IMG/VR virus record: IMGVR_UViG_3300036892_000014
Span: 1 to 64,000 of that record
Direction: 5' to 3' (one strand)
DNA: 64,000 bases
Source: a virus
Shown here: positions 23,730 to 33,444 of the stretch, piece by piece
Layout: every line of letters starts with the position of its first letter
Numbering within the stretch: position 1 is the first letter of the stretch
The notes under the pieces: generated by a model
The model's database searches: none
The model's input: the letters and a program-made list of their open reading frames with translations, nothing else
What the model was told of the DNA's origin: nothing
Program-made: the position numbers and the translations under genes

Positions 23730-25844
23730 ATGTCGGAACCGCTAAATAATCAGGCAGCGTTGATACTTGGGAATCGCGAGGTTACCGCTGCGGATCAGAT
23801 TACGTCAGAGAACATACACAAGGATAAGGATACTGGTACCTTCCTGTATGATGACCAAGCGGCTCTGAAGTTAGTTATTAACGATGCGGCAATGGCGGAC
23901 AACTACGCCAACGTCAATCAGTGGGCCAGCACTTGGACGCAGTCAGCGATTATTTTGCAGAGTCCAGCGAGCGCTTCGGCGTTCGACGGCGGCAACATAG
24001 CGCAGGCTAACGTTCCCAAGTTCACGTTATCGAACCACATAAGTGAGATAGTGCCGAAGATTATGGAAGGACTCTTTTATGAAGACCCTCCGTTTCTTCT
24101 TCGCCCGCGCCCGGGTACAAAACAGGAAATAGTCCGTTCAAAGACGGCACTGTTCTCTGCGCAATTGTGGGACATGCAGTTCAAGGTTGAGATGGAGCGT
24201 GGCCTTGAACAGATGGCGCTACTCGGCACCACAGTATTTAAGTGGGGCTACTTAGAGCGTCCCGTTAAATTGAAGCAGTTTCGCCGTAAGCAGGAACAGT
24301 TGCAACTTAATACATCTGTTCCAACTGACCCGATTAACACACCGGATTCTGACGCTTACGAAATGTTTATCCTCGACGAAGTGGAATCACGTCCGTGGAT
24401 AAAGTACTGTGATATTCGTACTGTATTGGTTGAGCCAGGATGCCGTTACGGCGATATCCGTCGCGCAAAGTGGGTAGTATATCGCGACTTTGCTACATAT
24501 GATGATTTGAACACGCTGCGCAATGTTCCAGGCTACGATATCCCCGACGAGAAAACGTTGAGGGCGTTGTTCATGTCTGGTGCGACAACGGGTGCTGACA
24601 ACATTACCATGACCATCCCAGAAGGGATGCGTGGTTATTTGCAGCAAGCGTTGCCACGTAGCTTCAGGAGTTCGACTGATGAGTTGCAGAACTCGTTGGA
24701 AATTCTTGAGCGCTGGGACAATGATAAGGTTATTGTCGCGCTTACCTTCAATGGTAAGCACATACTGATTCGTAACGAACTCAACCCGTACGGAAAGATT
24801 CCGTTCCTTTCGGCCAACTGGCGCAACCTGCCAGACAGTTTTTACGGACAAGGCCTAGGCCAGCTAATCGGAAGCGAGCAAATCGTGGAGCAGGGAGTTA
24901 CCAACCTTGCGCTCGATCTACTTGCTTATGGATTGCAGCCGACAGCCATTCGTAAGAAGGGCTTCAACGTTCCGACACAGATGACCCGTTGGAAGCAAGG
25001 CGGAATCATCGACGTTGACGACGACGTTGACAAGGCTTTTAAGTTTATGACCATGCCTCCCGTACCGAGCGAGGCTTGGCAATTCATTAACCAGGCAAAG
25101 CAGGATGCGGCTGGAACATCAGGTTCAAACGAAATCGTAGGCCAGGGCGGCACCGTCGGTGGTGGTCGCGGCACCGGAATGCGTTCGGGTACCGGAGCGG
25201 CAGCCGTTGTTCAGGCTAATGCTAGCCGACTTGACGGCCCGACCACACGCGTGATTGAGCAGGTTTTTGAACCGTGGCTTTACCAGATGGATCAGTTGAA
25301 TAATGAACTGCTTCCGACCAGTGTCCTCCGTCGTGTATTGGGCGAGGAAATGGGCAATGACTACTTGCAAGATCACATTGAATTTCGCAATGCGAAGTTT
25401 CAGTATGAAGTTCTTGCAGGAGCGCATCTCGGGGCCAAGAAAGAAATGGCTCAGGCGTTGCCAGTCATCATTCAACTTTTGAATAACCCGACGTTCGTGA
25501 AGAACGTTAATGACGGGCACTATCAGTTCGACGCGGTTGCAATCTTCAAGGCGTTTACGGATGCGGCAGGTTGGAAGTTCTCTCAAGAATTCCTACGCCC
25601 GATGACACCAGAAGAAACACAACGCTATGAAGCGAATTCGCCAGCGGCACTTCAGCAGCAACAGTTGAAGGCGCAGCAGAATCAGGCGCAGCAAAAGTTC
25701 CAACAGGAACAGCAATTAGAAGATCAAAAGCAACTCGGAAAGGCGGGAGCAGAAGTTCTTCGCGCAACAACTGAGCACAGCTTGTCTTCTGAAGATACGG
25801 GAGAACCGGGCAATCAAGGTTTCGGTTCGGAAGTTTCCGTTTAA
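23730..25844 (+). CDS. portal protein (P22-like)
   Basis: 704 aa after terL; NPYGKIPF, FYGQGLG, Gln-rich C-terminal barrel. Confidence 0.85.
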   Translation: MSEPLNNQAALILGNREVTAADQITSENIHKDKDTGTFLYDDQAALKLVINDAAMADNYANVNQWASTWTQSAIILQSPASASAFDGGNIAQANVPKFTLSNHISEIVPKIMEGLFYEDPPFLLRPRPGTKQEIVRSKTALFSAQLWDMQFKVEMERGLEQMALLGTTVFKWGYLERPVKLKQFRRKQEQLQLNTSVPTDPINTPDSDAYEMFILDEVESRPWIKYCDIRTVLVEPGCRYGDIRRAKWVVYRDFATYDDLNTLRNVPGYDIPDEKTLRALFMSGATTGADNITMTIPEGMRGYLQQALPRSFRSSTDELQNSLEILERWDNDKVIVALTFNGKHILIRNELNPYGKIPFLSANWRNLPDSFYGQGLGQLIGSEQIVEQGVTNLALDLLAYGLQPTAIRKKGFNVPTQMTRWKQGGIIDVDDDVDKAFKFMTMPPVPSEAWQFINQAKQDAAGTSGSNEIVGQGGTVGGGRGTGMRSGTGAAAVVQANASRLDGPTTRVIEQVFEPWLYQMDQLNNELLPTSVLRRVLGEEMGNDYLQDHIEFRNAKFQYEVLAGAHLGAKKEMAQALPVIIQLLNNPTFVKNVNDGHYQFDAVAIFKAFTDAAGWKFSQEFLRPMTPEETQRYEANSPAALQQQQLKAQQNQAQQKFQQEQQLEDQKQLGKAGAEVLRATTEHSLSSEDTGEPGNQGFGSEVSV

Positions 25845-25859
25845 CCAATAAGGAATAGC

Positions 25860-26195
25860 ATGCCTACACCACTAATGTTTGATGAACTAAATGCAACTGA
25901 GCGCGTTAATCTCGCGGGACTCCAACAGCATCCAGGATATGCAGTTCTGGAGAAGTTGATGATGTCCGCTTGCCGTCGCGCCACTGAATTAGTTATCGCA
26001 TTGGACCCGACCGCGGAGGACTACGAGCGTAAGCTACGAGTCCTTCAAAGTCTTGCTCGCGAACGAAGTCAATTTTGTACGTTGGTCTTGAAGTCTGTAG
26101 CCTGGCAAGTTGATTATGAAGCCGAGTTACAGAAGAAAGAGAAGCCAACAGACAAGCCAGAACGTAATCCAATACTGAAGGGGATGCCACAATGA
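25860..26195 (+). CDS. hypothetical protein (portal-adjacent)
   Basis: Helical 111 aa at a conserved position. Confidence 0.65.
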   Translation: MPTPLMFDELNATERVNLAGLQQHPGYAVLEKLMMSACRRATELVIALDPTAEDYERKLRVLQSLARERSQFCTLVLKSVAWQVDYEAELQKKEKPTDKPERNPILKGMPQ

Positions 26196-27412
26196 GTGAT
26201 CTAGCACCTACGCCACAAAGCATTGATATGGCCATGATCCGCGGATGGGACGCGGCGACCATGAAGAGATATATGGCTGGCCCGTTACGTGCTACCATAT
26301 TTGAAGTGATCTCGAACGCTGAGACTGCTAGGCAGGAACAAGCGGCTGCTGCACAGACGGAACTGGCGCAAGCCCCTCCTGTTGTCGGTGAGCCCGCAAC
26401 TACGGATGTTGCCGAAGTAGAGCGTGTTCGCGCACAGCGTGTTGCCGAAGAAGCGCAGCGCGTTGAAGCACAGCGTCTCGAAGCAGAAGCTGTCGCTGCG
26501 CAAGTACCAAAAAAGATCGTTCTTGAATATCAAGTGACAGATGAGAGCGGGAACGCCATCGGGCGTCCGACTCATCTTGAAGCCACCAGCCATGAAGAAA
26601 TGGTTGCGAAGGTTAAGGAAGCGCACATACAAGCAACGCGTGCGTTTAATCGCTTGAAGAGTCAGAAAGTACAATCCCTGAAAGAGGCAACCGCGTCAGG
26701 ACAGATCGTGACGCCTCCCCAGGCTGCTCCGAGCATGTCCGATGAGGAAATGATCGCAGCCATTAAGGCACTAAAGTCAGACGACCCGAAGGTCGCCTTG
26801 GAAGCTCACAGAAAGTTGCAAGCGGATGAACTAGCCAAGCAGAAGGCTGTATCCGATGCGGAACTCGCTAGAGTAAATGAAGATCGTCGCCAAGAAAAAG
26901 TCAGCCATGGTTTCTTGAACGATCACAAACACGATTTTAATCCGTGCGAAGCGAACATTAATCTGATTCGTGATTACTTCCAAGAAAATCAATTACCTTG
27001 GACACGCGATAATCTAGAAGTAGCTTTGCTCGCTAAGTCATCAGAGTTGGCTGGAGTTGTACAGCCAACAGCGCCTGTCGCCCCTAATCCGGTTCCGACA
27101 GCAACGCTACCCGCAGCAGCGGTAACAACTACAGTAGCGGTCCCGCCAGTGCAGGCGGCTCCGACTGCGACGGTCGCAGCAATTCCTCCGGCAAATCCGG
27201 CAGTGATTGTTCCGAGACCGGGCGTTAACGCAGGAGTAGTTCCCGGTGAGACCTCAGGGTCGCGCCCGACAGGAACGACTTCGAGCGGCATAACGGTAGC
27301 AGAGATTACTTCATGGGATGCTAAGACGATGCGTGAGAAGATGCGTAATCCGCAGCTTCGAGCCCAAATACAGGCAGTCATCGCAGCCAACCCCACGAAT
27401 AAGTTTCGCTAA
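26192..27412 (+). CDS. putative capsid scaffolding protein
   Basis: Ala/Glu/Gln-rich coiled coil before the capsid gene; WDAxTM motif at both ends. Confidence 0.65.
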   Translation: MSDLAPTPQSIDMAMIRGWDAATMKRYMAGPLRATIFEVISNAETARQEQAAAAQTELAQAPPVVGEPATTDVAEVERVRAQRVAEEAQRVEAQRLEAEAVAAQVPKKIVLEYQVTDESGNAIGRPTHLEATSHEEMVAKVKEAHIQATRAFNRLKSQKVQSLKEATASGQIVTPPQAAPSMSDEEMIAAIKALKSDDPKVALEAHRKLQADELAKQKAVSDAELARVNEDRRQEKVSHGFLNDHKHDFNPCEANINLIRDYFQENQLPWTRDNLEVALLAKSSELAGVVQPTAPVAPNPVPTATLPAAAVTTTVAVPPVQAAPTATVAAIPPANPAVIVPRPGVNAGVVPGETSGSRPTGTTSSGITVAEITSWDAKTMREKMRNPQLRAQIQAVIAANPTNKFR

Positions 27413-27459
27413 AGAGTCCCAGCGAAGTCTGAAGACTAAGGGGCACACGGAGGCTTGCT

Positions 27460-28701
27460 ATGGCAGGCTCACCGAATCCGTCAGCAGCAAATGTAGGAAA
27501 TATACTGACGGCGCAAAGCATTATGTTTGATAAGGAACTCATCCCGAACTTGAAGGGAGAAACGGATGCGTTCATCGTAGCAGCAGAAAAGCGTGTACAG
27601 CCGAACGGCGTTGGTATCAACCGCCAGTTCTTCCAGTACAACACTTTGACTGGTGATACGACACAGGTAGGAGACGGAGTTGTTGGCTCACCGGAATTCG
27701 TCGGTCAGATCAGCGCCCCGGCTCAGTTGGGCGAATGGAACAACTACACGAACTTCAGTTCGTTCGTAATTGCTTCAGCGCTTGACGACCTAGTGGGTAA
27801 TTCCGCAGTCGAACTAGCCTACCAGGCTGGTCAGAGCATTTCCGAGTTGTACAGCGCCGTAGCAGACAGTGCTGGTCTAGCCTCAGTGGACACACAGGTT
27901 AACCAGAGCGCTTTGCTAGCATCGCCTTACACATTGGACTTGGCAACTGTACGTGAATTGAAGCAGCAGCTTGTTTCAAAGAACGTACTGCCGAACCGCA
28001 ATGGTAAGTTCGCAGGCGTTGTATCTTCTAACGTGTTGGGCGACATCTTCAACGCAACGACAGTGAACAACTCAATCGTTGACTTGTGGAAGTACGCAAA
28101 CATCGAGAAGTTCGACAAGATCGCTGGTGCAGACCAGAAGATGGACATCGAACTCCCGGGAACGAACATCGTGCTTCGTCAGACGCCGTTCGTAACCACG
28201 ACCGCTAACTACGCTGGCTCAGGTAAGATTTCTTACCGTACCTACGTAATGGGACAGTATGCCTTGATCGGCATCTGGCAGCAAGTTGGTGGAGACACCG
28301 ACTTGGGTGACGGAGACTGGCGCACAATCGACTGCAAGGTCGTAGAGAGCGCACCGGCATCAGCATTTGATCCGACGGGAACAATCGGTGGATAAAGAGT
28401 ACTGTCCACTTTAAATTTTCTCTGATTGACTTGAACGCTGAAAAGCCAACAAGGGGCAAGCCGAAAGGCAGCCTGAACGACTAAGTGAGAAAACACCCTC
28501 TGACAAAAGGGTGATGCGATAGTCTGACCATACGGGAATCAAAACCGTATGAACCGAACAGAAATGATTCGGTACACTCTGGTGAGTGTTAACAAGAGCG
28601 GGTGCTCATATAAATTTCACCAAACAGTTTCATTGCCGCCAGCACGTGGGGCTAACACCCAGCGTATGCGCTACATTGACTCTGTCCCAGCAATTCAGTA
28701 A
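27460..28701 (+). CDS. major capsid protein, spliced (join 27460-28393, 28601-28701; 344 aa)
   Basis: Position after scaffold; splicing gives DPTGTIGG-W-CSYKFHQTV...DSVPAIQ. Confidence 0.85.
28394..28600 (+). mobile_element. group I intron without an ORF (207 nt)
   Basis: P1 GGTGGAT/GTCCACT with U:G, P10 GAGTAC/GTGCTC, R CTGAACGACTA, S GATAGTCTG, terminal G. Confidence 0.9.
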
Positions 28702-28730
28702 TAAACCTCTTCCCACGGGCTTATAATCCG

Positions 28731-28787
28731 TGGTATACTAATCAGGGGCATGCCAGAAACATGCCCCAGATTCTCTTTTCTGGAGAG
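28731..28787 (+). promoter_or_regulatory. extended -10 (TGGTATACT) plus kissing-loop leader, copy D
   Basis: GGGGCATG-CCAGAAA-CATGCCCC then CTCT-TTTCTGG-AGAG. Confidence 0.8.
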
Positions 28788-28792
28788 TACAC

Positions 28793-29284
28793 ATGTTCTA
28801 TGGATTTAAGTCAAGAAGTGCTAGACAAAAGTATTATAAGAAGTGGAATAAAAGAAACAAACATCGCACTAAGAAATATGCCAAGAAGTGGTATTTAAAC
28901 AATCGGGATAGGATTCTCAAGAGAGAAAAATCAAGGAAAGTCCGAACCCGAAAGTACAAGACTCGAAGACTGTGGAGAAGCCGTAATCGACTTCGAGAAC
29001 TATCATATGGTTTGAAAGCCAAGTACGACATGAGTCTTTCTGGGTATAGAAAGATGTTCAAACATCAGAAAGGAAGATGTGCGATTTGCGGGAAGAAAGA
29101 GTCTATGCGGGATTCAAACACCGGAAAGATTCGTCTTCTCTGTGTAGACCACAATCATAAAACTAAAAAGATTCGTAAACTCCTATGTTGGCACTGTAAC
29201 CTTGGCATAGGTATTTTCAAGGACGACTGGAGGCTATTGCAAATAGCATCTAGATATTTGAAAACGAATAAAGGAACTCGGTAA
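28793..29284 (+). CDS. free-standing endonuclease VII-family homing endonuclease
   Basis: CAICG...VDHNH...RKLLCWHCNLGIGIFKDD. Confidence 0.9.
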   Translation: MFYGFKSRSARQKYYKKWNKRNKHRTKKYAKKWYLNNRDRILKREKSRKVRTRKYKTRRLWRSRNRLRELSYGLKAKYDMSLSGYRKMFKHQKGRCAICGKKESMRDSNTGKIRLLCVDHNHKTKKIRKLLCWHCNLGIGIFKDDWRLLQIASRYLKTNKGTR

Positions 29285-29937
29285 TGGCACAATCTCAAAC
29301 GCCGCCGCTTCAGACGCTGACGAATCCCTGGGAAGGACGCAGTGACCTGAAAACCACAAGAGCCACAATAAAACAACTCTTAGCTGGTGGGACACCCTCG
29401 TGGGTCCGTTGGCCGAAGGACTATCGTAGCTTCGCCCAGGAATCGATTCTCGCCGACAAAGAAGTTAGTGATCGGATGACGTTGCGTTACAAAATGGAAG
29501 ACCAGGAACTGCTTCTAAATGAAGAGGCACGGAAGGTTAATCCATGGCGTACTCGGAACTTCGTAGAGAAGATGAGGAACTCGGGCATCAGATGCTATAC
29601 GATCTTCAATGGATTCCCTCCATCGACGGTCGCACTTTGGGCCTTCAGACCGGGAACAGACCATGTCGTACCCGTGTGTTATTTGCAGACCCCGGCGATG
29701 TACGAATGGAGCGTGTTAAGGCTCGATAAACGTGGTCTACCAGCGGGAGAATCCTTTCGCGGATGGCGAACCGTTGTCGGGCAATTGATTGAGAAAGGGA
29801 TTATTTCAGAGGCGCGAGCCAATGAAATTTTCGGACGACCGTGCGATGGCCCCGTTAGTCGCAGGTACAGAAGAAATATGTACTGGCTCCGCAATCGGCG
29901 TGAACTAGTGGCAACTCCCGAAGAGATAGAACTGTAA
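29284..29937 (+). CDS. hypothetical protein
   Basis: 217-aa ORF coupled to the previous stop. Confidence 0.7.
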   Translation: MAQSQTPPLQTLTNPWEGRSDLKTTRATIKQLLAGGTPSWVRWPKDYRSFAQESILADKEVSDRMTLRYKMEDQELLLNEEARKVNPWRTRNFVEKMRNSGIRCYTIFNGFPPSTVALWAFRPGTDHVVPVCYLQTPAMYEWSVLRLDKRGLPAGESFRGWRTVVGQLIEKGIISEARANEIFGRPCDGPVSRRYRRNMYWLRNRRELVATPEEIEL

Positions 29938-30025
29938 AACAGTAGTATCGTCCAGTGGACGTTAAACCATCGCCTAGGACTACTAGGACAAGCGCTGGGC
30001 TGTGCCCGATGCGCGAGGAAGTACA

Positions 30026-30553
30026 ATGACCGATCAAACACCGGGCGCAACCCCGCAGCCTGCATCATCCGATGCAGCTACGTTGCAAATGCTTGTCCAG
30101 TTGCTACTGGCCGAACGCCAGGATGCGATGACGGACAGACAGGAAAAGATTCGCGCCATTCAAGAGCGCGAAAAGCAACGCCGTATCAATTCTGAACATA
30201 CGCTGGCCGAGAAGAAGACCAGTCAGAAGTTCTGCACTCACAAGAAGAATCAGAAGGGCATTCGTGGTCCGCACGTGGACTACGCTGTCTCGTTCCATAC
30301 TTTTACCAGCGCTGAGAGCTACATACGTTGCTTGATTTGCGGTATGAAGTGGAAGAACAAGGACACCGATGAATACCTGGTTCGTCGCGGAGAGAAGGTG
30401 CCTAACCACACCGGAATGGGGTGGGCAGGCGCTTACAAGATGTTAAGTGAAAGCACCAACACGGCAACATCATCTGAAGTTCAGTTGACGACAAGTCCCG
30501 TTGTACATGCGGCACCGGACTTTGCGACCAACATACGCGCAGTCGAGATTTAA
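30026..30553 (+). CDS. hypothetical protein with putative Zn site
   Basis: CTH...H...CLIC. Confidence 0.65.
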   Translation: MTDQTPGATPQPASSDAATLQMLVQLLLAERQDAMTDRQEKIRAIQEREKQRRINSEHTLAEKKTSQKFCTHKKNQKGIRGPHVDYAVSFHTFTSAESYIRCLICGMKWKNKDTDEYLVRRGEKVPNHTGMGWAGAYKMLSESTNTATSSEVQLTTSPVVHAAPDFATNIRAVEI

Positions 30554-30704
30554 CCTAAAGTATCCGGCACGGCGGATTATACTCTCGGACTCCGATGCAA
30601 TTCCGAGATTCCCCAGGAGATAACTCTGTACATTCATTTCTAATCATCACTAGACTACGGGTAGCGAACGGGTCTGGTGACCCGCCGCCTTAGTCCTCTT
30701 AAAC

Positions 30705-30849
30705 ATGACTCACTCTACGAAGCCTCAAAACCTGATAGGAAAACGATTTGGAAAGTTACTTGTTCTCAAACAAACTGCGAGCAAAAATCGCGTTAGACGT
30801 TGATAAGTTTAAGGAGCATATCAAGAAGATTGCTTCTTACGTAGATTAA
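30705..30849 (+). pseudogene. internally deleted HNH endonuclease remnant
   Basis: N-terminus NLIGKRFGKLLVL joined out of frame to C-terminus RAKIALDVDKFKEHIKKI. Confidence 0.65.
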
Positions 30850-30853
30850 AAAT

Positions 30854-32197
30854 ATGGCTAACTTCCCTAATTCACAAGCGACATATACGTTGCAGAACAT
30901 GCTCGACAAGGTGCTCCCTCTTGGAGATGTGCGCCCAGTCTTGAGTGAAATTGCCGGTTACCAACTTGAACCATTCATTACGATCTGCACCGACGTTTAT
31001 CGCGAAATCGTAGGTGTGCCGTTTCCTCACAAGTGGAATGAAATCCAGTGCCCGCAATTTTATACGAACAGCCTTCAACAAGATTATGTGCTTTTGAATC
31101 CAGACGGTACCAGTTTTTATAATCTAGAATGGTTGGAGCGCGGCATGGCTGTCGAGATGACATCAAACGTGCTCCCGAAGCCATGGGGCTATGTTGAGTG
31201 CGGTCGTCAACTTCCTGCGGTAACGGGCACCATCGAACAGTTTGCCGGATGGGAAAATCCCACCTTCGTCTGCAACACCTTTCCAAATTACATGTTATAC
31301 TACGGAACCTGGGGCGCGAACAAGGCATCGGCATCGCAAGGAAATAACCCAGAGCCTGGAAGACCCATCTTCAATCCGCTAGGCGCGTCAGTCCTGGCCG
31401 CCACATACACTGCTGGCACAATCATTTTCACACTTAACTATGTTCCACAGGGTCTCATCGTTGGCGGTAACATGACCGTTGGTGCTGCGTTCCCGCGTAC
31501 GTATAACAACACGTACGTCATTACTGCTATCCTAGGAAACAATATTACTGTAACGTCTGTGATAAATCCGGGCGTATATGAAGCAGGTGGAATCATATCG
31601 GTTCTCGGAAACGACAACACGCCATACTTGTTCAGTCTGTCCCAACTTCAGAATCCAATTTGCCAAATCAAAGACACAAATGGAAACCTTCAGGTTGTGA
31701 CACAGTACGGAGTCTGTGGACTCAATCAACCAGCATGGCCTGCATCGAATGCTGCGCCAGGAACCCAAACGAATGACGGGACAGTCATATGGACGGTTGC
31801 CGATCCGAACGGCATGGGGGTTCGTATTCTTCCTGTTCCGAATCAAAGTGGGGTTGTGTTTCAGATTAATCTAGTCGGACAGATGCCAGCAATCCAGTTC
31901 ACGGATTTGTCAGACACGATTGCACCGCTCCCAAATAAGTACGAGAGTTACTTCCGTCAGGGTGTCATCGCGCAGTGTTACCGCTACAGCCCCGATCCGA
32001 AGATACGCGCAAAGTTTGATATAGAATTTAAGTTGTGGAAGTTGACGTTGAATGATCTTCGTGCTGCGGAAGATCGTGAACTCGAAGAGAACCGTTTCGT
32101 TCCTGAGCAGTCTATTTGGTCACGTGGCGGTTCACGTGGTGGTACTTGGCGCGGAGCAGGATATCCGTTCAACTATCCGGGTGGTACGGGATACTAA
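30854..32197 (+). CDS. putative head-tail adaptor protein
   Basis: Position; paralogous with 48096-49043 (P..WN...QDY...LE.G). Confidence 0.6.
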   Translation: MANFPNSQATYTLQNMLDKVLPLGDVRPVLSEIAGYQLEPFITICTDVYREIVGVPFPHKWNEIQCPQFYTNSLQQDYVLLNPDGTSFYNLEWLERGMAVEMTSNVLPKPWGYVECGRQLPAVTGTIEQFAGWENPTFVCNTFPNYMLYYGTWGANKASASQGNNPEPGRPIFNPLGASVLAATYTAGTIIFTLNYVPQGLIVGGNMTVGAAFPRTYNNTYVITAILGNNITVTSVINPGVYEAGGIISVLGNDNTPYLFSLSQLQNPICQIKDTNGNLQVVTQYGVCGLNQPAWPASNAAPGTQTNDGTVIWTVADPNGMGVRILPVPNQSGVVFQINLVGQMPAIQFTDLSDTIAPLPNKYESYFRQGVIAQCYRYSPDPKIRAKFDIEFKLWKLTLNDLRAAEDRELEENRFVPEQSIWSRGGSRGGTWRGAGYPFNYPGGTGY

Positions 32198-32367
32198 TGG
32201 ACATTAAGAATGTAGGCGCGGCAACGCCGGTAAACACATTAGACACGATGCCAAAACCGTTGACTGCGCACGAGCTAGTAGAACCGCCGATAGCGAACAC
32301 CACACCACCGGATTTATTTAAGGCAGCGAGTTATAAGACGGCTCGCAAGACTCGTCAGCAAGGATAA
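32197..32367 (+). CDS. small hypothetical protein
   Basis: Coupled start and stop with neighbours. Confidence 0.5.
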   Translation: MDIKNVGAATPVNTLDTMPKPLTAHELVEPPIANTTPPDLFKAASYKTARKTRQQG

Positions 32368-32369
32368 AG

Positions 32370-33443
32370 ATGGCACCAGCATTTGTACAAGCAGTCGGAT
32401 CAACCCAACTTAATCCTGCTTCGCCGACCGTATCATTCGGTTCAAATGTGTCTGCGGGTAACGCGATCATTGTGTATGGTGGTTCTTATCTCTCTGGAAC
32501 TACAATAAGTTCTGTAACCGATAACCTGGGTAATTTATACACTGAGATTCCAAATGGGTCAGGAATACATGCAAATATCACGTGGAGCATCTGGGCGACG
32601 TTCAGTATCACAGGCGGCGCTTGTACGGTAACCGTAAACTACGGCAGTGGTAGCAGCAACGCAAGAATCGCAATTGCAGAATATTCTGGTGTATCATCGT
32701 TCGATCAAACAAGTAACGAACAGGGACTTGCGTCAAGTGGGCCAACTGCGATCTCTTCGGGGAACGTCACCACAACATCAGCATCGGAGATGCTAGTCGG
32801 AATCGGTTTTATTAATAATGACGGGGCTGTTTTCACGCCAGGTACTGGGTTTTCTTTAGACCTGAATAACGTCGATACTACCTTGAGTACGTTACTCTTT
32901 ATCGAAGATATGGCGGTATCATCGATAGGAAGTTATGCAGCAACAGGGAGTTTCACCGGCTCATTTTTCGGTTGGAGCTTAGCACTTGTAACTCTTGTTG
33001 GAGCCGCCGTAATACCTCCAACAGGATCGTTTAATCTTCAAGGTAATGCGGGAGTCCCATTCGCCAGCGTATCGTTGACGGGGACTGCTACTGCAACAGT
33101 GACAGCGGATGCGAACGGCACGTACACGTTCGAGAACCAAACGACGGGCACGTATACGATCACGCCGACCTTGGCAACTTACACATTCACACCTACCACG
33201 CATAGCGAGACAATCACAACCGCCGACATCTACGGCATTAACTTCACGGCGGTGAATGCGTCGGCAGCCACGTCCGTTATCGATTCACGTCCCGCTCCGA
33301 ATTCAACCGTGGACATTGAAGATACGCAATTTTATATTCCTGCTAACCCACCGTCCCATCTACTACCCGTGGATTCGAGAGCAGCGGGCGCACCAGTTGA
33401 TTCGAGGATAAGCATTCCAGAGAATTCAAGGACAGAGGCATAA
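32370..33443 (+). CDS. virion protein with Ig/carboxypeptidase-regulatory-like domain
   Basis: TADANGTYTF...GTYTITPT...INFTA; C-terminal DSR repeats. Confidence 0.65.
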   Translation: MAPAFVQAVGSTQLNPASPTVSFGSNVSAGNAIIVYGGSYLSGTTISSVTDNLGNLYTEIPNGSGIHANITWSIWATFSITGGACTVTVNYGSGSSNARIAIAEYSGVSSFDQTSNEQGLASSGPTAISSGNVTTTSASEMLVGIGFINNDGAVFTPGTGFSLDLNNVDTTLSTLLFIEDMAVSSIGSYAATGSFTGSFFGWSLALVTLVGAAVIPPTGSFNLQGNAGVPFASVSLTGTATATVTADANGTYTFENQTTGTYTITPTLATYTFTPTTHSETITTADIYGINFTAVNASAATSVIDSRPAPNSTVDIEDTQFYIPANPPSHLLPVDSRAAGAPVDSRISIPENSRTEA

Positions 33444-33444
33444 C

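Noticed and set aside
28393-28395. Capsid gene truncation, readthrough or frameshift at TAA
   Set aside because: Fully explained by the group I intron; splicing restores the frame.
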